Assembly: GCA_052279835.1 (NCBI GenBank)
Contig: CP181291.1
Coordinates: 4,928,001 to 4,992,000 of the forward strand
DNA length: 64,000 nt
Direction of reading: 5' to 3'
Origin: Microcoleus sp.
Lineage (GTDB): Bacteria > Cyanobacteriota > Cyanobacteriia > Cyanobacteriales > Microcoleaceae
Under the pieces are notes generated by a model, which saw only the letters and a list, made by a program, of their open reading frames with translations, searched no databases and was not told where the DNA came from. Position 1 is the stretch's first letter; every line of letters begins with the position of its first letter. Below, one piece after another: positions 40,085 to 47,676 of the stretch. The translations under genes were made by a program, and so were the position numbers.

Positions 40085-41470
40085 TTATTTGCATTCTAGC
40101 CGATCGCGAAAATATTCCTCATACAAGCGACATCTCGGAATACATTGATTTCCATCCAACTTCACCAGCCCCATACTATTTAACTTAAACCCCAATTCTG
40201 ACTTCAATCGCACTGGCTGCGAAACACTCGTCACCTCTCTCATCCCCTCCATTAATTCCCCATATTTCTCTAAATTCCACAAATGCCGGCGCAAATGATC
40301 GCTGTAAATTCCCGCTTCAGTTGCAGGTTCTTTCACTAACCGATATAAACTCACATCTTGACGCGAAATATGATACATTCCCAGCCGCACTAAATAAGGA
40401 TTTCCGCCCACTAAACCCATCAATTCTGCAACTTCAGCAGCACTCCAATTCAATCCGTGCCGCCTTGCCAAATCTTGCACTTGCTGCAAATTAAACTCCG
40501 GCAATTCTATCGGCAATCCCACATTAAACGGCGATTTATTCACATCCAGCGGGATATAAACTTCCGTAGAATGCACCACAATCAAGCGAAACTTTTTCCA
40601 AATATCTCGCCGCTTTGCTTCTTCGTGCAAAGCCCGCAATAACCCAAAAAAATCATCGGCAATTTCCGGCGATTCAAATAGGCGATCGCACTCATCCAAA
40701 CCCAATGTCAAAGGCGGTGACGATTCCGACAGCAAAGACTGTTCAAAAAAAGCCTTGCAGCACTGATTGCTGCCAATTAAATCAGCTAATTCCCAACACT
40801 TCGGCAACTGTTCCAGCATTCCCAATTCTTGACCGACGCTAGCACAAAACCACTGCAAAAATGTATCTGAACTTGCAAAAACTCTCCGATTTGCTAGCTG
40901 AAAACTCAGCGCCACCGTCCGAGAACCTTGCTGTTCTGCATGATGCAAAATCCGCGCCATTAAAGAAGTTTTGCCCATCTGTCTGGGAGCTTTAATCCGA
41001 ATCAGCGCTCCCGGTTGGCCGATGGTTTCATAACAGCGGGATTCGATCGGAGGGCGATCGATATACAAACGAGAAGCTAAATCTACTTGTCCTCCCGGCA
41101 ATTCTGGCGCTGCGGCTGGCAAGGGTTGAATTATCGACTGTTTTATGTTAGTAATTTTGCTTGAATTGACAGCTAATTCATGGCCTGCACTGGATTGGGC
41201 GATCGCAATTTTTGCAGATATTGGCAACACCTCATCGGGCGCGGATTCCGCCTCAAAATCGGCTATATCGCGCCATTCCTGGCCCAATCCGCGACAAATT
41301 TCGATGAAATTGGCATAATCCACAGGTTTGCCATTCAGGAAATGACTGACAGTAAATTGGGCTATCCCTAAATCCTCAGCCAGGATTTTCTGACTGGGAA
41401 AGCCATTTCTCAGGAGAGACGATTTAACTGCGGGAATGTACTTGAGACGCAGCCTGAGCGATCGAGCCAT
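40085..41470 (-). CDS. HTH(Cro/XRE-like)-AAA_35 STAND-like NTPase
   Basis: N-terminal SQKILAEDLGIAQFTVSHFLNGKPV HTH; variant Walker A IKAPRQMGKTS; Walker B LGLDECD; SPFNVG; GGNPYL. Confidence 0.85.
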   Translation of the reverse strand: MARSLRLRLKYIPAVKSSLLRNGFPSQKILAEDLGIAQFTVSHFLNGKPVDYANFIEICRGLGQEWRDIADFEAESAPDEVLPISAKIAIAQSSAGHELAVNSSKITNIKQSIIQPLPAAAPELPGGQVDLASRLYIDRPPIESRCYETIGQPGALIRIKAPRQMGKTSLMARILHHAEQQGSRTVALSFQLANRRVFASSDTFLQWFCASVGQELGMLEQLPKCWELADLIGSNQCCKAFFEQSLLSESSPPLTLGLDECDRLFESPEIADDFFGLLRALHEEAKRRDIWKKFRLIVVHSTEVYIPLDVNKSPFNVGLPIELPEFNLQQVQDLARRHGLNWSAAEVAELMGLVGGNPYLVRLGMYHISRQDVSLYRLVKEPATEAGIYSDHLRRHLWNLEKYGELMEGMREVTSVSQPVRLKSELGFKLNSMGLVKLDGNQCIPRCRLYEEYFRDRLECK

Positions 41471-41514
41471 TGCTTATAACGATCGAGACACTGAAACCAT
41501 CATAAATGCCAAGG

Positions 41515-41540
41515 GTCCCAAAGTCGATGAAAAGTCGATT
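41515..41540 (+). promoter_or_regulatory. AAGTCGAT direct-repeat pair ~50 bp upstream of the HTH-AAA_35 gene
   Basis: GTCCCA-AAGTCGATGAA-AAGTCGATT, 11-bp period. Confidence 0.7.
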
Positions 41541-41576
41541 GCTGTACCGATATCGTTTGTAAGTCCGACAGTCCGA

Positions 41577-41727
41577 CAGGGAATTAATTCCCTGTCTCAT
41601 AGCGAAAGTCCTCTAAAAGAGGACTGAAAAGGCAATTAAATCAACTTCTTAATCCTCTATTTTAACTCTCAAATCTATAGTCGGTTTTAACCGACTTTCG
41701 CTATGAGGCAGGGGTTTAAACCCCTGC
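41577..41727. repeat. Pair of inverted composite palindromic dispersed repeats
   Basis: CAGGGAATTAATTCCCTG...AGTCCTCTAAAAGAGGACT and AGTCGGTTTTAACCGACT...CAGGGGTTTAAACCCCTG; related copy at 43194-43242. Confidence 0.65.
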
Positions 41728-41787
41728 CGGACTGCCGGACTGACGAACTGCCAGAATGCGAGTTTGACCTTAAATTGACTGCTAACC

Positions 41788-41872
41788 GTCCCAAGTCGAT
41801 GCAAAGTCGATGAAAAGTCGATGAATTCTCGAATAACTCAGTCGCCAACTCAAATAGCCACCTGATTAGATT
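41788..41872 (+). promoter_or_regulatory. Promoter of nfeD-SPFH operon: 3x AAGTCGATG(C/A)A plus shared 19-mer and TAGATT -10
   Basis: Repeats at 41793, 41804, 41815; CTCAAATAGCCACCTGATT at 41849-41867. Confidence 0.75.
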
Positions 41873-41916
41873 AGGAATAACAAGGTTGAATCACATCAAA
41901 ACGAGGTAAAAGCATT

Positions 41917-42459
41917 GTGCATTCTATCCTAATTTGGTCGCTGGCGTTAGCCACTAATCAACCCGGTTTCGCTTTCACACCGCCGATTTTTTGGTTGCTG
42001 CTAGGTGTTGTACTAAGTGCGATCGATCTATTAATCCAAAAAACTCAGCCCCAAAAATACAGGTTTTACCTGCTGATGATGGGAGCGGCTGCTTTAATTT
42101 CATCGTTTATTTTGTGGAGAGGAGCGGTAGCATTTCAGTTTAGTTGGGCGAACGTAATGTATGAAGATTTTGACTGGCAGATATTCTACTGGATGGGGAT
42201 ATCTCTCGCCCTAAGTATCTGGATTCGACCGATTTTCATTGTTCGTAAAAAATTTGTGATTCCCGAAGCAACTGAAGCGACAACAATCTCCGAAATTTCC
42301 CCAGGAGAAACTGGAATGGTGATTTATGAAGGTGCTTCTTGGAAAGCCCGCAATGAAGATTCCCAAGGAATCGCACCCAGACAAAAAGTTTACGTTTTGC
42401 GCCGTGAAGGAAATACGTTGATTGTTGTACCTGACAAATTAATTCACATCAACATATGA
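41917..42459 (+). CDS. NfeD-like protein (short form, TM + OB fold)
   Basis: Three TM segments, then GETGMVIYEGASWKA...VYVLRREGNTLIV; GAGG RBS. Confidence 0.85.
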   Translation: MHSILIWSLALATNQPGFAFTPPIFWLLLGVVLSAIDLLIQKTQPQKYRFYLLMMGAAALISSFILWRGAVAFQFSWANVMYEDFDWQIFYWMGISLALSIWIRPIFIVRKKFVIPEATEATTISEISPGETGMVIYEGASWKARNEDSQGIAPRQKVYVLRREGNTLIVVPDKLIHINI

Positions 42460-42553
42460 CTCGGCGATTGAAATCGCTTCTACACAAACAAAGTCCGCCT
42501 TCGCGGACTAAGAAATCACTATCAATTGTCAACTATTTACCAGGAGATTCACT

Positions 42554-43114
42554 ATGTATCAGTATTTTTTGATGGTGTTGTTTGCAATCACTGGTGTATC
42601 TTTAGTCAGCAGTGTTAAAATTGTCCGTCAAGGAGATGAAGCCTTAGTTGAGATTTTCGGAAAGTACGATCGCAAAAAACTCGAACCTGGTTTGACATTT
42701 CTGATTCCCTTTGTGGAAACAGTCGCTTATAAACAAACTCTGCGCGAGCAAATGTTAAAATTGCCACCCCAACAATGCGCAACTCGCGATCGCGTTTCTG
42801 TCACCCTTGAATTTATTGTGTACTGGCGAGTTATTGACTTAGAAAAAGCTTCTTACAAGGTGCAGAATCTCAAGGAAGCTATGTTCAATATGCTGATTCT
42901 TTCAATTCGGACTCAGATTGCTAAATTAACTGTCGAGGAACTTTACACGGCTCGCAATTTACTCAATAATGCTTTGGTGGAGGAGTTGGATACAACCACC
43001 GATCCTTGGGGTGTCAAGTTTACGAGGGTGGAATTGCGCGATTTTGCGATCGGCACTAAAGCGATTCAGCCAACATCAATTGACCGTAAAGATATACAAC
43101 ACCTACGAGCTTAG
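42554..43114 (+). CDS. SPFH/band 7 (stomatin-like) protein, short
   Basis: SSVKIVRQGDEALVE.FGK, PGLTFLIPF, TRDRVSV, WGVKFTRVELRD; AGGAG RBS. Confidence 0.88.
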   Translation: MYQYFLMVLFAITGVSLVSSVKIVRQGDEALVEIFGKYDRKKLEPGLTFLIPFVETVAYKQTLREQMLKLPPQQCATRDRVSVTLEFIVYWRVIDLEKASYKVQNLKEAMFNMLILSIRTQIAKLTVEELYTARNLLNNALVEELDTTTDPWGVKFTRVELRDFAIGTKAIQPTSIDRKDIQHLRA

Positions 43115-43514
43115 CGATTAGTATTTCCTTGTTTTCCTGGTTTTCAGTATCTGCCCATTCCTGACAATAAACACGCGCTTTCCCAAAGTCCAGCAGGAGT
43201 TTAAACCCCTGCCTCAAAGCGAAAGTCCTCTAAAGAGGACTTAAGCTTGCTCTCGTTACCAGGCTCTGCCTGGTAACGCAGATCCAGAGGCTCTGCCTCG
43301 CTGAATTTGATTGACATTTTAAGGACTAAAGTTCTGACTACAAACAAAGAAGATAGAAGCTCATGAGTCCACAAAGATTTCAGTTATCTAGCATTCCACT
43401 TTATGGTTATGAATGCTTCTTTTTTTTAATGTACCTCTGAGTAATTTGCGTGCTATATCGCCCCTCATTTATTAATGAGATAATTCTGGAGATACCATCG
43501 GAACCAAAACATAA

Positions 43515-43696
43515 AAAAGTTATGTCAGCGCTGTCTTTCTAGTTCCTGCTAAACAATTCGATCCAAATACCGAGATGCAATCACAACACCCATCTTGTGC
43601 GAAGCTGATTCTCCCGGTACAATTGAACCAGTAGAACCAATTTATCAAAATGGCAAAGTTATTTGCGGTAAAGGCACAACACAAGTGACACAATAA
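43515..43696 (+). pseudogene. Degenerate C-terminal fragment of a second pilin-like G/H gene
   Basis: KSYVSAVFLVPAK (frameshift ~43568) ITTPILCEADSPGTIEPVEPIYQNGKVICGKGTTQVTQ* aligns by eye with the C-terminus of 38414..39058. Confidence 0.7.
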
Positions 43697-43714
43697 TCAA
43701 CTAAAGGCAAACTC

Positions 43715-46285
43715 ATGACAGTCGATTACCAATATCAAATCGGCGGCAGTCTCCCGCAAGATGCACCTACTTATGTAGTGCGACAAGCTGACTCAGAACT
43801 TTATCAAGCCCTGAAAGCTAGAGAATTTTGCTACGTGCTCAATTCCCGACAAATGGGCAAATCTAGTTTGTTGGTGCGCACCGTACAAAAGCTATCGGCT
43901 GATGGCATTGCTTGTGCTACGATCGACCTTTCGGACATTGGCAACCAGCAAGTCTCTCTCGATAAGTGGTACGGCGGCGTCGCTTACAAACTTTTGTGCA
44001 ATTTTAACCTGTTTAACGCAGTCGAGTTTATGACTTGGTGGCGGGAGAGAGAATTGATGTCGCCAGTCCAACGTTTAGGAGAGTTAATTGAAGAATTATT
44101 GCTGGTAAAAATTTCTCAAAATATTGTCATTTTCATCGATGAAATTGATAGTGTTCTCAGTCTCAAAGAATCGCTAGACGATTTTTTTGCTTTGATTAGA
44201 TCGTGCTATAACAAACGCGCTCACAAATCAGAATATCAGCGCTTAACATTTGCTTTGCTGGGAGTTGCTACGCCATCAGATTTAATGAGTGATGCAACTC
44301 GCACGCCGTTTAATATTGGTCGAGCTATTGAACTTCAGGGTTTTAAGTTACACGAATCTTTGCCTTTAGTCAAGGGGTTTGAGGGTAAACTTGACAATTC
44401 TCAAGAAGTTTTACAAGAGATTTTGGAGTGGACTGGTGGTCAACCCTTTCTGACTCAAAAGTTGTGTAAACTGATAGCTCAAAGGCAGGAAGAAGAACCC
44501 CCCCCCACCCCCCCCAAGGGGGGAAAGAAGAAGAACCCCCCCCTACCCCCCCCAAGGGGGGAAGAAGGAGCAAAATTGTCGATCGGGGAGATAGTGCAAT
44601 CTCAGATTATTGATAATTGGGAAGCTGCTGATGAGCCTGTGCATTTGAAAACAATTGGCGATCGCCTTCTGAGAAATCAGCACCGCGCCAGCAGGTTATT
44701 AGGACTATATCAAAAAATATTGGCACTCTCAGGTCAAGGAGAAATTTGTAGGGGTAGTGCCCCCGTGCCTACCCCTGCCCCCGTGGCCGCCCTGGCTGGG
44801 GGAATCGATGCTGATGATACTCCCGAACAAACTGAATTGCGACTGAGTGGATTAGTGGTAAAACGAGGCGGAAAATTAACAGTTAACAACCGCATTTATG
44901 CTTATATTTTTAACCAGAGTTGGGTAGAAAAAGCCCTAGGCGAGTTGCGCCCTTATGCTGAATCGCTAACAGCATGGATAGTATCAAATTGTCAAGATGA
45001 ATCTCGATTGTTGCGCGGTCAAGCATTGGAAGATGCGCGAGAATGGGCTGCTGGTAAAAGCTTGAGCACCCAAGATTATCAGTTTTTAGCAGCTAGCCAA
45101 GAGGCTGAATTTGCCCAATTGCGCGATCGCGAAGAACAAACTCAAGCAGAAATAGAATTATTGCGTCGGGAAAATCAGTTATTAGAACAACTAACCGCAG
45201 AGCAAAAACTGAGAAAAGCTACTCAACTTAAACTCTGGCGTGAAGAACGACTGAAAGTACAAATTTTCACGGTAAGTTCAGCATTACTGATTTCAATCTT
45301 ACTTGTTGCTTTTTGGATAAAACCATCAATTGAGGAAAGAAACAACAAAATCCTGACTCTCAGTTTGTTTTCCGAAACCCTATTGGCAGCCGACAAAAAA
45401 CCGGAAGCTTTAATAGAAATCCTTCGGGCTGTCAAAGAAATGAGGAGTTCGCTTGGAGTCACTTCCGATGTCCAAATCCGGGTTTTAACCGCACTAGAAC
45501 AAGTAGTTTACAGTTTTAATCAACGGATAATTTTTCAGACTTTAACCACTAAGCTAAGTTTGGTTACTTTCAGCCCGGATAGTAAAATGCTGGCCATACC
45601 TAGCGACGATAACACCATTAAAATTTGGGATATTAACGGCAGTTTAAAAACTATATTAAAAAGCAATAGCGCTCAAATTATCGGCATAAGTTTCAGCGCC
45701 GACAGTCAGAGGCTGATTTCTGTTGGCGAAGATCGTATAGTTAATATTTGGCAAATTGACGGTAAGTTAATTCAAACTTATCCAGGAAGAAATGAGAAAG
45801 TGAGTAATGTAAATAATCAGAGACTGTTGCCGACATTTGTGAGTTTAGAGGGCGCAATGTTTGCCACCGCAAATAAGGATAAAACTGCCAGCATTTGGAG
45901 CAAAGATGGTAAAATGCTGAGTATTTTTAAACATCCCAGCCAAGTTACAAATATTAGTTTTAGTCCCGATCGCCAAATGCTGGTATCGGCGAGTGCAGAC
46001 AAAATGGTGAGACTGTGGAAAATTGATGGTACATTGCTCAAAACTTTAAAGGGACACAAGAGTGCTGTGAATCGTGTCAGTTTTAGTCCCGATGGTCGGG
46101 CGATCGCCAGCGCGAGTGCTGATGGTACGGTGATATTGTGGAATTTGAATGTGGATGATTTGCTGGCGCAGGGTTGCAATTTAACTCGCCATTATGTTCA
46201 GGTTAAGTCTTTGGTTAATGAAAGCGATCGCCACTTATGCGACGGAATTAGCGATCGAGAAAAAGGGCGATCGCCTGAATATTAA
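43715..46285 (+). CDS. AAA_35 STAND-like NTPase - coiled coil - TM - WD40 repeat protein
   Basis: YQIGGSL...YVVRQAD, VLNSRQMGKSS, IFIDEID, TPFNIG, WTGGQPFL; TM IFTVSSALLISILLVAFWI; WD40 repeats (FSPD...ASADK..LW). Confidence 0.88.
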   Translation: MTVDYQYQIGGSLPQDAPTYVVRQADSELYQALKAREFCYVLNSRQMGKSSLLVRTVQKLSADGIACATIDLSDIGNQQVSLDKWYGGVAYKLLCNFNLFNAVEFMTWWRERELMSPVQRLGELIEELLLVKISQNIVIFIDEIDSVLSLKESLDDFFALIRSCYNKRAHKSEYQRLTFALLGVATPSDLMSDATRTPFNIGRAIELQGFKLHESLPLVKGFEGKLDNSQEVLQEILEWTGGQPFLTQKLCKLIAQRQEEEPPPTPPKGGKKKNPPLPPPRGEEGAKLSIGEIVQSQIIDNWEAADEPVHLKTIGDRLLRNQHRASRLLGLYQKILALSGQGEICRGSAPVPTPAPVAALAGGIDADDTPEQTELRLSGLVVKRGGKLTVNNRIYAYIFNQSWVEKALGELRPYAESLTAWIVSNCQDESRLLRGQALEDAREWAAGKSLSTQDYQFLAASQEAEFAQLRDREEQTQAEIELLRRENQLLEQLTAEQKLRKATQLKLWREERLKVQIFTVSSALLISILLVAFWIKPSIEERNNKILTLSLFSETLLAADKKPEALIEILRAVKEMRSSLGVTSDVQIRVLTALEQVVYSFNQRIIFQTLTTKLSLVTFSPDSKMLAIPSDDNTIKIWDINGSLKTILKSNSAQIIGISFSADSQRLISVGEDRIVNIWQIDGKLIQTYPGRNEKVSNVNNQRLLPTFVSLEGAMFATANKDKTASIWSKDGKMLSIFKHPSQVTNISFSPDRQMLVSASADKMVRLWKIDGTLLKTLKGHKSAVNRVSFSPDGRAIASASADGTVILWNLNVDDLLAQGCNLTRHYVQVKSLVNESDRHLCDGISDREKGRSPEY

Positions 46286-46356
46286 TCGATCGCGATAAGT
46301 ACGCCAAAAATAGTTAAACTTGGTAACACATAATCGGTAATAGGTCAGCCCCATCG

Positions 46357-47421
46357 GTGTATTCTATCCTCGAACAAAAGTATCAGCGACTGCAAAAAGA
46401 GTTAATGGGCGGTGTCATCGCCCTTGGCGGCATTTTCTGCACGGGTACTCTCTGGTATTGGCTGGTAGAACAATGGTCCTTACTCGATGCGGCTTACATG
46501 ACCGTATTTACCCTAGCAACAGTGGGCTACGGCGAACTTCATCCCCTCGGTAAACGCGGGCGAATGTTTACCATGTGCCTAATTTTGATGGGCGTTATTG
46601 CTATTGGTTTTATTGTTAACCGCTTTACAGAAGCCCTCATTCAAGGATATTTTCAGGAAGGAGCAAGAATTAGGCAACAACGGCGCTTGGTAGATTCTTT
46701 GATTGGGCATTACATTCTCTGCGGTTTTGGACGCACTGGGCGTCAGATTGCTGTGGAATTTCAGGCAGAAAATATCTCTTTTGTGGTGATAGATTCGGCG
46801 GTGCAGTCGGTTGAGGCAGCTTTGGCCCTGGGATATACGGCGGTGCAAGGGGATGCGACTCTCGATGAAATTTTGCTGAGTGTGGGAGTCGATCGGGCAA
46901 TTTGTATCGTAGCAGCTTTGCCTTCGGATGCTGAGAATTTATACACTGTGCTGTCAGCGAAAACCCTGAACCCTAAGATACGGGCGATCGCCCGCGCCAC
47001 CACAGAAGAAGCAGTACAGAAGTTGCAGCGGGGTGGTGCCGATGCTGTCGTATCCCCCTACATCACTGGGGGAAAGCGGATGGCTGCTGCTGCTTTGCGC
47101 CCTCAAGTTATGGATTTTTTAGACGGTGTTTTAACCGGCACCGAGAGTTCTTTTTACATGGAAGAATTTCTGGTAGATCCCAAGAGTTGTGTCTACGTCG
47201 GACAAACTTTGAGAGATGCCAAATTGCGATCACAATCGGGGGCTTTAGTTTTAGCAGTGCGGCGCGCTAGCGGGACTTTGATTGTCGGGCCAACGGGAGA
47301 AACCGCGATTTGTGGAGGAGATATGCTGATTTGTTTGGGTACTGCGGAACAATTGCGCGTACTCAATCAAATCCTCAGTCCCTTAAAAACTCGTCAGACT
47401 CGCCCACCAAACCACACGTAA
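46357..47421 (+). CDS. Potassium channel protein with TrkA-N/TrkA-C (RCK) domains
   Basis: Selectivity filter TVGYG; GFGRTG Rossmann motif. Confidence 0.92.
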   Translation: MYSILEQKYQRLQKELMGGVIALGGIFCTGTLWYWLVEQWSLLDAAYMTVFTLATVGYGELHPLGKRGRMFTMCLILMGVIAIGFIVNRFTEALIQGYFQEGARIRQQRRLVDSLIGHYILCGFGRTGRQIAVEFQAENISFVVIDSAVQSVEAALALGYTAVQGDATLDEILLSVGVDRAICIVAALPSDAENLYTVLSAKTLNPKIRAIARATTEEAVQKLQRGGADAVVSPYITGGKRMAAAALRPQVMDFLDGVLTGTESSFYMEEFLVDPKSCVYVGQTLRDAKLRSQSGALVLAVRRASGTLIVGPTGETAICGGDMLICLGTAEQLRVLNQILSPLKTRQTRPPNHT

Positions 47422-47460
47422 ATCATAGACAAACCATAGACAAGTCCTAGACAAAATAAA

Positions 47461-47490
47461 GGTTCTACAGCTCCTGAATGCTGTAGAACC
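47461..47490 (-). terminator. Hairpin downstream of tRNA-Thr
   Basis: GGTTCTACAGC-N8-GCTGTAGAACC, followed by a T-rich run on the - strand. Confidence 0.55.
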
Positions 47491-47514
47491 CTTGAAAATA
47501 TGTGGTTTGTTGTA

Positions 47515-47586
47515 AGCCGATGGTGGGATTTGAACCCACGACCGTTCGATTACGAATCGAATACTCTACCCCTGAGCTACATCGGC
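47515..47586 (-). tRNA. tRNA-Thr(CGT)
   Basis: GCCGATGTAGCTCAGGGGTAGAGTATTCGATTCGTAATCGAACGGTCGTGGGTTCAAATCCCACCATCGGCT folds as a cloverleaf; anticodon CGT; no encoded CCA. Confidence 0.95.
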
Positions 47587-47676
47587 ACAGACAATTAATA
47601 ACCTTAGCACAACCGCCAGACAAAAAGCAATGAGTTGTAGAATTCAAACCCCACAACTCATCACTCAGAACAGCCA

